Assembly: GCA_951406725.2 (NCBI GenBank) | Contig: OX597819.1 | Location: forward strand, 41,602,001-41,666,000 | DNA from: Octopus vulgaris | Taxonomy: Eukaryota | Length of the DNA: 64,000 bases | Direction: 5' to 3' | In this document: positions 13,108 to 25,020 of the stretch, piece by piece | Layout: each line of letters starts with the position of its first letter | Numbering within the stretch: the first letter of the stretch is position 1 | Made by a program: the position numbers and the translations under genes | Notes under the pieces: model-generated | What the model was told of the DNA's origin: nothing | The model's database searches: none | What the model saw: the letters and a program-made list of their open reading frames with translations, nothing else

Positions 13108-13874
13108 CATTATTATGTGGCCATGCTGGAGTACTGCCTTAAGGAAATTTTAATTTGGTACTTATTCCGTTGTTCTCTTTTGTTGAACATCTAAATGATG
13201 GGGGACATAAACACACCAACACCAGTTGTCAATTGGTGGAAGGGAGACAGCCACAGACACAAAGACATACATGCACATGCGCGCACACACACGCACATAT
13301 ATGATGAGCTTCTTTCAGTTTCCATCTGCCAAATTCACACACATGACTTTCATCAGCCCAAGGCTATAGTTGAAGAGTGCTCAAGGTGCCACGCAGTGGG
13401 ACTGAACCCTGAACCATGTGGTTGGGAAGCAAGCTTCTTACCACATAGCCACTCCTGCACCTCTGATAGTTGATTGAATAAAAATTTAGTTCACTTCAAA
13501 TTGCTTCAAGAAAAAAAAAAAGAAACACTTGTAACAGCATTATATAATATACTCTTCCTTCCAAAGCAATAAATTTTTAATAGTACTTTCACAGAAGATG
13601 TCTTCAACTGTCCCTTGCCATATAAAACTGTGATCTTTACGATCAATAAATTTATCTTCTGAAGTGGATAAGTCCTTCTTGACTTATAAATCTATTGACC
13701 TATAAATAACTAAAGATGATATGTAAGAGAACATGCTGCTATTTTATCAAGCTGGCAACAACTTGACATCAATTTTCAGTATAAAACACAATGACTCTGT
13801 ATCAACCTTCCACAAAACCTTGCAACAAAATGAAATATTAAAACTTCATCCATTTCAAATATCTTACAGGAATA

Positions 13875-14445
13875 TATCGGGTTGTCTGGAAAGTTCATGT
13901 CGATTTTTAAAGGAAAGAAAAAGGTCAATAAATACTTGCCATTACATTTTTAATCAACCAAATATGAACCATTTTGTTGCACAATACGTTTCCATCTTTC
14001 CTTTAACTTGAAAATACCCTCTTCCCCAGAATTGAGGTGGTTTCATGGCAAAGAATTCATCAAGGTATCTTTTTATATCATCCAAGAAATTGAAATTTTT
14101 ACCATTAAGACTATTTTGCAGAGACCTGAATAAGTGGAAATCCAAAGGAGCAATATCTGGTGAATACGGAGGGTGGGGTAACACATCCCAGCCCAGCTGC
14201 AGCAATTTTTGTCTGGTTCCCAAAGCATCAAGTGCCAAAAATGAACTTTCTTATCTTCCATTTTAAAGGGTTACAGAATTAACACAGGTTATAGGAACAT
14301 AAACCTTCTTCCACGAAAAGATAGCTTAAACTGTGCTCTGAATGGAGATCTAGTCAAATCCTAATTTATGGACTCAACAATATTCTAAACTAAGTCGAAA
14401 CGTAAGCTATTATAAATCGGCACCAACTTTCCGGACAACCCAATA
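13875..14445 (-). mobile_element. Internally deleted mariner element
   Basis: TIRs TATCGGGTTGTCTGGAAAGTT / AACTTTCCGGACAACCCAATA with flanking TA. ORF 13954-14238 LGWDVLPHPPYSPDIAPLDFHLFRSLQN carries the YSPDLAP motif. Confidence 0.9.
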
Positions 14446-16990
14446 TATAGCAGATGATAACAAAATCTTTGTATTTTTGATAGGCTATAAAACTATTTGA
14501 CAACGTTTCATAAGTTTGGCCATGGAGTTAGGAATTTTACTTTACAATCACATAGTCTTAGCTTCCATTCCACAATGAAACACCTTGGACCATAACTTCT
14601 GGTCAAGTAAAGCCTTCAGAGTGGTGTACCTGTCAAACACCTTTCCCTGGGTTCCATTTGCAGAGTCTAATGTTATAAATATTTGAACCATGTCATTGGA
14701 TAATCCATAAGGCTTAATCGATATTTCTGTCTGCTAATACTGGCCTAAAAGGCTTGGGAAAATGTCATAGATACCAGCCTTACTTTCCTGATTCAAGGTC
14801 ACTGCTATGGTCAAGGGTACTAAAATTTGGAACACCACACAAATTCTGGATGACTTCAACAAAGATTCTCAATCCAACTAAAATTACAAAATCTCAGTAA
14901 TAAATAGAGCAGCAAGCAAGGTCAGTCACTTGTGGGACATAGGAGAATAAAGAATGAGGTTGATGACACAGGGAATATGAGAAGCTAAAGTAGTGTCATG
15001 ATTTGGCATGATTTGAAACATGATTTAACATGATACATAAAAATTATGCAAGATAATATATTTACTAGGTAATATGTCTGATATTAATATCATAGATTTC
15101 TTGTGCACAAGTTATTTATAATTTTTCAACTACATTTTTCAGTGTGTGTAAAGAGGGTGATGATTAGGAATTTGTAGAAAAAAAAATCATTAAAAGAGAA
15201 GCACAATATAGAGCTGACGAAATGAGGTTGCACATTGCAGAGCTGGGAGGTGGGATGTCTATTATAATGCTGGGAGAAAGGGGTGCATGCTGTAGGGCTA
15301 AAGGGAGGGGACACATACTGTAAGACTAGCTTACCAAGCTGGCAACAACTTGACATCAATTCAAGTAATAATTGTACTAAGTAATGATTAAAGTTTTAAG
15401 ACTTATTGAGATAACATTAATTGATAATATTGTTGTATTTTGGAATGGTCATTTTGCCAGTTTAGCCAATAAAAACACACACACTATATATTTGGTGTTA
15501 CTTTGCTTCAGTGTTATTTATTTTTTACATTAATCTTAATCTTATTTCAGCCAGAGTTCTTTCATCACACTCCTGTGACCGCATCAGTGGTCCTTTGCTT
15601 TCTTCTTTCTTATCTGTGTGTCTCTCCTTACTAACGGTCAGCCATTTTGTATTTTGTATTTCTATTGTATGTGTCTTCATTTGCGCATGCGTATATCTCT
15701 ATGTGTGTCTATGTTTAGTTAGTGTGTGGGGGGGGGGTGCCTGTAAATTAATTAATAAGTTATGGACAATTGTTTCATATTCTTGAAATAATGGCAATTA
15801 GTATATAAATGGTACTGGGTGGCAAAATAAACTACAACTTTAATAAACAAAATTACATGGCTGTGTGCAGGGCCTCTAAGAGTGGGATTCAACCTTCTGG
15901 GATCTCAAAACTTTATCCTTGAAGTTTCAGAACATTCTTTCTCTTGGAGGGCCTGGCTGTGTGATTGGAAATTAATTTTTAACCACATTGTTCTGAGTTC
16001 GATCCCACAGCAACGAACATAAAACAAGTGTCTTCTCACACACACAGTCATGTGCATGTGTGTGTTAGCCTTTCTCCAATATATATATCGAAAGATATAA
16101 ACATAAGCAAGAAAAAACAAAACAAATAAAGTGAATGGTGTTCTTCAAACCAAGTCCTTGTAATATTTGCCCTACACTGAATAACAGACAGTCTCTCATT
16201 GCTGTCCACTAGAAATACTGTGAACCAGGGATGGCCTCATCAAAAACCTGTTACCAATGAAGTTGTTGTTCACAAATAGCAATATAAAATAAACTAACTA
16301 AATAAATAAATACACATATACACAAACAAGCAAACAAAAGCATTTTAGCACATTTAAATCTTTTCACTGATTTGCTCCAGTTTGATATTCACTCTAAGAG
16401 AACCTGACCCACTTTATAAACCAGTGTTTTCATACCAGCCATCTCTCTTTTTCCCCAAATATACAGCTTTAATCACAAGTGCTATAGCAACCTACTGGTA
16501 CAAAGTGTGTGTGCATTATATAATATACCAGGCATGCATAATATATATGTGTCTGTGTTTGCATAACTACAGTTTGTTACCTCTTCTCTAACTTGGTTTT
16601 CTAGTAGCTTAAAGATTTTTAAATGCATATTCATTTTTAGGGAATTTTGCAGAGAGGTGGAGGTAAAGAATACGCACATCACCCGTTTTTGGTGTTACCC
16701 TAACGCTAACTTTATGCACACCGAGTGTGCATATTCTTTAACTTCGCCAGATATATACATTTTCAAGTGTAGATTACAATTACATTGATAATCTTTTGTT
16801 TTCAAAAAAAGATTTTTACCCCAACCCTGATTTTGTTTCCTTAATCTCTCTTTAAAACGCAAATTATTTAATTTTAAAGGTGCTTCTTCCTTTCCAAGGC
16901 CACAAGAAAATAAAAATGTTACCGTTGTTGCAATTTAGTGTAGCATTTTAAAGTGAGCTATGAAGAAACAAAGTCAGGTGAGGGGTACCA

Positions 16991-17032
<42 letters not shown>

Positions 17033-17598
17033 CGTCCAACCCATGCTAGCATGGAAAACGGACGCTAAACGATGATGATATATATATAAAGAGAGAGTGA
17101 GAGAGTATGTGTGTGTGCGTGTGAATGAGAGAGAGATACTTACACATGTGTACCCCACCCCCCACCTAACTTTGTTTCCTCATAATTTCCAGAAAAATGG
17201 ATATCTTTTAGTGAAATTTTTTATAAATATGCTTTAGATGGTGTACATTCTGATTATGTCGGAATTTATTGTGAAAAAGTTTTTCTGAGGGTAGGAAGAG
17301 GCGTTTCCAAAAATTCACGATAGTTGGTTTTGTTTCCTCATGACTTTCAGAAAAAAGGGTATTTGTTAATGACATTTTCTACAGATGCCTTTCAGGAGAT
17401 GTAGATTACAATTATATTGGAATCTGATATGCAGAAAAAAAAACTGGTGTCCACATACTTGTAGATACTGATACATATCACAATTATTATTTGAAATTTC
17501 AAGTTTCATTTTGTGACATGTATCAGTATGTATGTGTGCGAGCCAACTAATTTTTTCTTTATTTTTCATATTGAATTCGAATGTAATCGTAACATACT

Positions 17599-18145
17599 GG
17601 CAAGACTTCCTTTTGTCCACCCCCTTAAAACACCCTTTTTTTTATTTAAATTTTTTTTTCTACACAAACCCCCATTTTCGGCTACGGAGAATTCGAATCT
17701 GTAAAAAAATTGGCATTTTGAAATTACCTACTAAATTCATTTTTAACTTTTTTCAGAATTTTTTTTTTTTTTTTTCAAAATATGCAGGAAAATACGGAGA
17801 TTATGATTCTGAAAAAATTTTCAAAAAATTTTTGTAAAATTTTTTTTTCATAATTGTTTTTTGTCAAAATATGCGGAAAAATACGGAGATTATGCTTCTG
17901 AAACAAATTTCCGAAACTTTTTCTACTTAGGGTTAGGGTAAGGGGGTTAGGGTTGGAGTTTTAGGGTTAGGGCTACGGAAAAAGTGAAAAATTAAGAAAT
18001 TGGGGCGGGGGATGCAAAAAGTTTCAAAATTTCAAATTTTTGCAATTTTCCGGAATTTCCGTATCCGAAAACATAGGTTTTTGGCAAAAAAAAAAAAAAT
18101 TTTAACAATAATTTGCGAGAAAATGAGGTGGGGGTACGGGAGGAA
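17599..18145 (-). mobile_element. Second copy of the Merlin-like telomere-repeat MITE (one end degraded)
   Basis: Starts GGCAAGACTTCC; collinear with 3805-4389 in reverse; TTAGGG tract at 17927-17972. Confidence 0.65.
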
Positions 18146-18679
18146 GAATATTAGAAAATTTCATTAAAAAATATCCATTTTTCTGGAAGTTATGAGGGAA
18201 ACAAAGTCAGTGGTGGGCGTGCGTGTGTGTGTGTAGTAATGTAAGAGCTGTACCTGAAGATATTTTTTATATAGTACAAATGTTTTCTGACATAAAATTC
18301 AAAACATTGCGTTGAGCGAGAGTCATGAATAGTCGAAGGCGAAACGGGAATTAGACTTTCAAGTTTTGATATATTTCTATCTTTCATTATACACATACAC
18401 ACACCGTACTTGATAGCTTAAATGATGGGCGGAGGTAAAGATCATGGACCGTACCTCCTTTGCGGACCATGATCTTTTTTTGCGGCTCCAAACCCTTCTT
18501 TAGTTTTTTTTTTTTTTTTACAGGAACACACTATATCGGGGGTGGAGATTCCAAATCTGCAAAAAATTCTGCATTTCAAAATTTACATTTAAGAAAGAGA
18601 GGCAAAGAGAAAAAGGAAGACATAAAGAAAGAAAACAAGAAAACGAAGGAAGGAAGGAAAGAAAGAAACAAATACTTAC

Positions 18680-18790
18680 TAGATGTTCATACTGTTGTGA
18701 TTATCATCCCGGGACGAACAAGCAACTGTCAAAAGACAATGTTTATTAACTTTCAACCGGAGAGAGCTACATCCGTTACAAAGTAATAAA
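18680..18790 (-). promoter_or_regulatory. Putative non-coding first exon and promoter of the FAXC-like gene
   Basis: Strong donor A|GTAAGTAT at 18679. It sits in a locally CpG-retaining zone (~18.2-22.4 kb), with CATAAATA about 30 nt upstream on the minus strand. The 5' boundary is approximate. Confidence 0.45.
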
Positions 18791-19073
18791 GTTTTATCAG
18801 TTCAAAGTTAAAGTATTTATGTTCGTTGTATATGTCTAGGTTACATCTAATATGTATAAAGAAAGACAGAAAAGATAGACAAATATTTTGTATTATAAGC
18901 TTCAGTAGATTTTCAAATGCAGAAAGAAAGAAGGAAAAAAGATTATTAAAAGAAATGCGCGAGGACTGTGTGTAATAAACCTCCGCAATTTAAAGGAAAA
19001 AAAATTACTCTCCAAGTAACAAAATAACACAGGCAGCTCTTGCATCCATTTTAATGTAATATATTTTCCTTTT

Positions 19074-19503
19074 GGCGAACTTTCGTTTTGACTCGAAATA
19101 GTATAAACAATGATGAATTCGGTGGTTTCTGTGACCACTTGTTGTCTTGTCAATTGTCAGTTGGGAAGAGAAAGTTAATGGGTTGTGCGTGCGTGCTTGT
19201 TCCTCCGTGTGTGTGTGTGCGCACGCACGTGCTTGTTCCTTTGTGTGTATGCGTGTGCGCGCGTGCTTGTTCCTTTCTCTGTGTGTGTGTGCGCGCATGC
19301 TTGTTCCTCTGTGTTTGTTCCTCTGTGTTATTTCTACATTCCACAACATAAAAACAAAACAGACACACACATACACAGAAGAACAAGCACGCACACACAC
19401 AAACAAGAATAAGCGCGCACGCACAACCCCTTTCTCTTCCCAACTAACAATTGACAACCGAATTCATTGTTTACATTATTTCGAGTCAAAACGAAAGATC
19501 GCC
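19074..19503. mobile_element. Foldback MITE with ~100-bp TIRs (Merlin-like GGCGA ends) and internal minisatellite
   Basis: GGCGAACTTTCGTTTTGACTCGAAATA... / ...TATTTCGAGTCAAAACGAAAGATCGCC; diverged 8-bp flanks ttcctttt/tttatttt; internal gcgtgcttgttcct(gt)n repeats. Confidence 0.7.
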
Positions 19504-19566
19504 TTTATTTTTCACTACATACGTGTGTGTGTATGTGTGTGTGTGCGTTTACGTGCGTGCATGCAC

Positions 19567-19950
19567 GTGTTCCGGGACGAAAGAGAATTTCTCTTTTCCG
19601 TGGAGGTAAGCCCCTCATCTGGGGTACCACATGTTCTGACATCTCTAGTGACATCTTGGTGTGGTTCAGCTTCCAGCCCAGACTCCATGCTCGTCAGGTT
19701 GAGAAAATCAAACTGTCGAAGTATCGATTCGTTCACCGACAGGCTTATGGTCGAACTGGTAACAGAGTACACCTCTGGCGTTCTCGACCCCCCCAGACCA
19801 CCACTTTATCGTGCTGCTACTGTATGAGTCTCTCTGAGAGATTTAGCGATGCAATATTTCTAGTCGCCATCAACCCTCAAGCCATGAAGAGACTGCAGAC
19901 AGCCATCACCAGGCGAACTCTCAAGAGATAAGCTCTAGCCATCAAGTAAC
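19567..19950 (+). mobile_element. Decayed restriction-like endonuclease (RLE) C-terminus of a CRE-type non-LTR retrotransposon
   Basis: FRGGKPLIWGTTCSD...A.QVEKIKLSKY...SGV...AITR.N resembles the PF..GK.L.WD.TC.D...AE..K..KY...ETLG...AIQRGN pattern; frameshifted. Confidence 0.55.
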
Positions 19951-20604
19951 TTGCGCCAGTCAAGCAGCCAACATAGAACAACATATTCAGCACGAACAAC
20001 CCAACACAGTAGCAGTCGCAGAACATAGACACCACCGAATGACCAACGCACACACAGACACAAAACATGCCCGGTTCTACCTCATCACATCGACACATTA
20101 TTTTCCCTGCTTATTTTCTTCTTCGCCAACTCAAAGCATGTTGGTAATGTCATGTAGTGAATTTTTTGGTGTATACAAGTAAATGCAAGTGTCGATTAAA
20201 TAAATTATCTAAGATTAACCTCCAGTGTTTGACCCGAGCAAAAAAATGAAAAAAGAAATAGTGTAATAGGTGTAAAACAACATGCGGTAAACGAAAATGA
20301 AAAAAAATGCGCACTGGCGAACGTAAAATTCACATCGGGAGTGTTCCGAGTCCTCTCACCACTTCCCTGTTCGTCAGCGCAATTTATTTTCTTCATATTC
20401 GTTTACTACATATTATTTTACACCTAGTACACTATTTTTTTTTTTAATTGTGACAGGGGGTGGGTGGGGTGCGAACTCGGATAATTCACGCGATCCAGTA
20501 ATCCGCCTTCGACACCTGGCCACCATAAAAAAAAAAAGCAAAAGTGCAATAGGTGTAAAATAATGTGTACTAAACGATTATGAAAAAAATGCGCGCTATC
20601 GAAC

Positions 20605-21510
20605 ACAAAACGAGGAATTGGAATTTTGCTAGAGCTGACAGAGCCATGGGAAGAGAACATCGCTAATACAGAGTAATGGAAGGAGAAGAGGTACGAAAAA
20701 TTAATTGAAGAGTGCAGAGAACAGGGATGGACTGTCGAGTATTGCCACCTGGAAGTGGGGGCTAGAGGCTTCATTGAAAGGAAAATGACAACGTTATTCA
20801 AAAGAAGGTTTGCATTTTCGAACTCAGATCTGAGAAAAGTAATAAGGAGGATACAGGAGGCAGTCGAAAAAGCCAGCTTCTATATATGGCTGAAGCGAGA
20901 AGACCAAAAATGGCTTGAAAACCATAACATGCCGGCTGGGAAATAGCATCGCTAGGTGAGACTGGCTGACACTTAAGCAGCATCGCTGATTGACAGGTAG
21001 TGGTCTCGTTCATGGCACCCCCTCCTCCTTGTTCGAAAGCTTGTACCACCAAACAGCCGGTCGGGTCTGGCTGCTGGAACTGAAACTAACACGACACTGT
21101 TGGAAGGCAAGTTTAGAGAGGGCGCAGGCTAAAATTACGCGCTCTTGGTCAGTTGAAGTTTAGACAGTATCACATGACAACTAGCTGGTGCTGGCTGCTG
21201 GAGCCTACCAGCGAGTATTTAAAGGGAAATTTGGCAGGATGATCAGTTGCTTGCTGACACTCTTTGACGCTGCATCGAAGAGGCCAGGGAACAGAAGAAA
21301 GAAGGAGAAAGAAGAGATTCACTCAACCCCAGAGCTGAAGACACCTCCGAAAGGAAGGGGGTCTGCTACATCGAAAACGGTAGAGGAGTAGGGGCCGAAA
21401 CCGGACGTGGTTCCTCCTGATGATGTCTTTAACCACTGGATCCTACAAAGGAATTGTTGAGGTAGCAAACCATGGAACACGGTTGGAATCAATAACAAAT
21501 ACGACAAATG
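20605..21510 (+). mobile_element. HERO-like (RLE clade) non-LTR retrotransposon 3' end
   Basis: ILLELTEPWEENIA..E*.K.KRY..L..EC..QGW...LEVGARGF...EAVEKASFYIWLKRE...W (stop at ~20943), followed by a 3'UTR with ccgaaac...ctgatgatgtc. A second UTR copy lies at 47075-47410. Confidence 0.75.
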
Positions 21511-22140
21511 TATCAGTTAATTTTTAAAAAAACAAAGAAAGTTATTTAAGCACTTACTTTTAATGCTGTCCTTGTCGTAGCCTTTCACAAATGTTTTTTA
21601 AAAAATTAAATAAAAATAGGATATATAAATGTATTAAAGCACACCCGTGAAAGATAGGCTCTACTGGTCAAACTAGTTTCGATTAGGAAGCTTGAATTAT
21701 GCTGCAGAGACAGCTGCTTGAGAATAGATAAAAATTAGTTCTAAAACTTCAGGTCAACCTGGGGTGTGAATAACATTAAACGAGAATATAAAATACTGGT
21801 GAAAAATCATTTCAGTGATTTTATAACAATTTCCTTGTATCTGTGCTACTATTCAATTACAAACATGGTCTGTAAAGATAACTTATTTTAATACAATATT
21901 TGTGTACATTTTCATAAATGTCTCTCTTGCAATATCACCCCTACTTAGTTACTTCTTGGTGGTGGTGGTGGAGGGTGGGGCTTAACAATCATGGCTGAAG
22001 TACAATTTTGGAAGTATTGTTCAAGTTTTTCTTATTTTGGATTCAGAATTGTAGCAATCTGAACAAAATAAGCGGGGCTCATTTTGCGAATGAGAAAGAC
22101 TAGATCCCAAAGTGTGTATAAAATGAAATTAAATCCAAGT

Positions 22141-22316
22141 TTAGTCACAGATCGATCTAGTGAAGTTTTAACAATTTTGTGACAACATAGTGCCTTGCAG
22201 AGGTAACTGTCGAGGCTCATGGGGGTACTTAGTCACAGATCGATCTAGTGAAGTTTTAACAATTTTGTGACAACATAGTGCCTTGCAGAGGTAACTGTCG
22301 AGGCTCATGGGGGTAC
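22141..22316. repeat. Perfect 88-bp tandem duplication within a MITE arm
   Basis: ttagtcacagatcgatctag...gctcatgggggtac occurs twice. 22115-22190 is also inverted-complementary to ~22600-22682. Confidence 0.85.
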
Positions 22317-22762
22317 TTAGCTGTTCCAGCGCTTCAGCCTCACCATCACCCGCGGCAACGCTGCTGGTGTGCCTCAATAGCCATTACAGAAGTTTCCCAA
22401 CCCCATGTTTTTTCCTCAAAACTTTTTTGGATTCCTATATTTTTGGTATAGGAGATTAGGATTTTGCTCCCAACACACGTTGTCCCGCTCCACTTGACTG
22501 CTTCTGTTTTTTTCTACTTCTCTATCAACACCAAAATTAATCTTCCAAAGAGGTAGTGGCATTTTCTCTTTCTTTCACTTTTTTATTAGAATGTATGAAA
22601 ACACTATTTTATTACAAAAATGTCAAAACTTTACTAACTTGATTGATCTGTGACTAAACTTGGATTTAATTTCATTTTGTACCCCAGCATGGCCACAGCT
22701 CGTGAGCTGAAACTAGATGAAAATGAAAATGAAAATGATACTTTGCTATCAGTTATATAGAT

Positions 22763-23151
22763 AACTAGCAGTATCGTCCGGCGTTGTTCGGGTTTGTAAG
22801 GGAAATAACTATAAAGCATTTTTAGAGAGTTATAGCCAAAAAATAGCAAAAAAATGGGGAAAAAAATGATGGTAAATTTTTTTTTGATAGTTAAAAAGGT
22901 CGAGTTGCGTCCCCTAGACCATCTGTGGTTTGTGTTTCTGATTGTCGACCCCATGTCGAATTTATCGATCTTTTTCAGAACTGGGGGAACTTTTCAAAAT
23001 TTTCGCTGCGTTAGTTTTGAATTATGACATTGGGCTATGTGTGTGTCAAGTTTCATCAGAATCGGTTGAAAGCCGTGGTCAGAGTGAGGGTACAACCGAA
23101 CAGACACACAGAAACACACACAGACAAACTGCCGTTTATATAGAGAGAGAT
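22763..23151 (+). mobile_element. Helentron-associated (DINE-1/HINE-like) non-autonomous element
   Basis: 5' ACTAGC...CCGGCGTTGTTCGGG short hairpin, (ACAG/AC)n microsatellite near the 3' end, terminal TATATAGAGAGAT. Confidence 0.65.
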
Positions 23152-23637
23152 TGCAAACAGGGTCTATAAGGATAACTTATTTTAATACAATATTTGTGTG
23201 TACATATTTTAAAAGTATTGTTCAAGTTTTTCTACTTTAGGAATTAAGAAAGGTATGTAAAAATAACTTCTTTTGCACACACACACACTCTCTCTCTCTC
23301 AGTAAAACTTCAGTGCAAATTATGTTATTTCTGTGTGCACATACAAAATACAGCTCAACTTCAATTGAAATTCCACTTTTTCAATTTTTTTTGTTAATGT
23401 TTATAAGTACACTGTGTAAACATTAACCTCTTTTTTTTATTCTTGGCTTTCATAATGGAATTAATATGCTTATCCAATAAAAACATTTAAAAAAAAAATA
23501 TTTTACTCCACTCTCCTAATTTATTTTACTAACGTAATTTTCTGTTAGTAAATGATTTTCTTTTACACAAACAAGCAGCAGCTTTAATTTCGAAGCATTT
23601 GAAAATTAATTACAAATTATAAAGAGAAACAAATGGT

Positions 23638-24145
23638 GGAAAGACTTTCCCCTCCCCCCATTTTCTCACAAATTATTGTTTTACTTTTAATTTTTTTTTT
23701 TTTTTTTTCCAAAAACCCACGTTTTCAGATACAGAGATTCTGGAAAATTGCCAAAAATCGGAATTTTGAAATCCCCCCCCCCCCCAATTTCTTCATTTTT
23801 TACTTTTTCTGTAACCCTAACACTCCAACCTTAACCCTAAGACCCTAACCCTAAAACCATAACCCTAACCCTAAGTAGAAAAATATTGGGAAATCTTTTT
23901 CAGAATCATAATCTCCGTATTTTTCCACATGTTTTGAAAAAAAAAAAAAGTTCTGAAAAAAGTTAAAAATGAAGAATTTAGGGCGGGGGTGTGGGTGAAG
24001 TAATTTCAAAATGCTGATTTTTGCTAATTTTTTGTCAGATTCATATTCTCCGTAGCCGAAAACGGGGGTTTGTGTAGAAAAAATAGAAAAATTAGATTTT
24101 AAAAAGGTGTGTTTTGGGGTGGGGAGTACATAAGGACGTCTTGCC
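23638..24145 (+). mobile_element. Third copy of the Merlin-like telomere-repeat MITE
   Basis: GGAAAGACTT...ACGTCTTGCC termini; CCCTAA tract at 23812-23874; same internal cataatctccgtatttttc and gattcatattctccgtagcc motifs. Confidence 0.65.
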
Positions 24146-24499
24146 AAAAATTAAAAAAAAAGACGAAAAACAGTGGAAAGTTTGAGAATTAGTGGGGTAG
24201 GAGGGAGGAGTAATATTTGAATTTTTTTTTTTTTCAGATAATTGTATTAATTCTATTATGCAGAAGACAGAATCGAAAAAAATTTTGTGAAAATTCTTAA
24301 AAATAAAGAAGTTATGAGGGGTTTTAGTACATGCTTCGATCAGAACTCTGCTGCCCTTTTTTATATTGTAATTCGTGTTTGTGATGAAGATATTTAAATC
24401 TGATTCTTGGTATAAACTTAAAAGGAAGTTTTTTCAGAAATTGTATCATTTAGCTATTGTTTCTAGCATGTCGGGGGTAATGTTTGCTCCCCCATCCTT

Positions 24500-25020
24500 A
24501 TTTTTCACCAAAATTTCTTTGGATTCCTGTTTTTGATATAGATTTGGATTTTGCCCAAAAAACACATTTTCAAAATTTTAATTTCCCCACTCTCCACTCC
24601 AATATTTTTAATTTTTTTCTTAAAGAAACACTCAAATCCCCTTCCCCAACCTCCACATATCACGTCCCCACTTTCAAAGAGCTAAAATCTCCGAATGTTC
24701 CACTTTAAGCATAGAATTCTACGCATGTTGGAAACATCGGACGAAAGTGAAACATTCGGAGTTTTTAGCTTTTTAAAAGTGTGGGGAGGTGATGGGTGGG
24801 AAAAGGGCCACTGAGTGTTGCTTTAAGAAAAATTAAAATTTAAAAAAGGAAAATTCTCTATTTTTCAAGGTGGATTAAAAAAAAATAATTTGAAAAAGAA
24901 TTAAAAATCAAGAAATTTTTTGGGGGGGAAATTAAAATTTGGAAAACATGATTTTTGAACAAAATCATATCCTACTATATCGAAAACATAGAAATCTGAA
25001 GAAATTTTTGAAAAAAAAAA
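24500..25020. mobile_element. Palindromic foldback element (~520 bp)
   Basis: Imperfect arms, e.g. agctaaaatctccgaatgttccacttt / aaagtgaaacattcggagtttttagct and ttttcaaaattttaatttcccc / ggggaaattaaaatttggaaaa, symmetric about ~24730. Confidence 0.6.

Noticed and set aside
19005-19931. Long overlapping ORFs (150-226 aa)
   Set aside because: Produced by (GT)n minisatellite inside a foldback MITE running into a frameshifted RLE relic; not a host gene.
21385-21430. GAAAC...GTT...CTGATGA in the HERO-like 3'UTR as a permuted hammerhead
   Set aside because: Only 4 nt separate the putative cleavage site from CUGAUGA, so no stem I can form, and no stem II pairing is evident. More likely a conserved 3'UTR stem.
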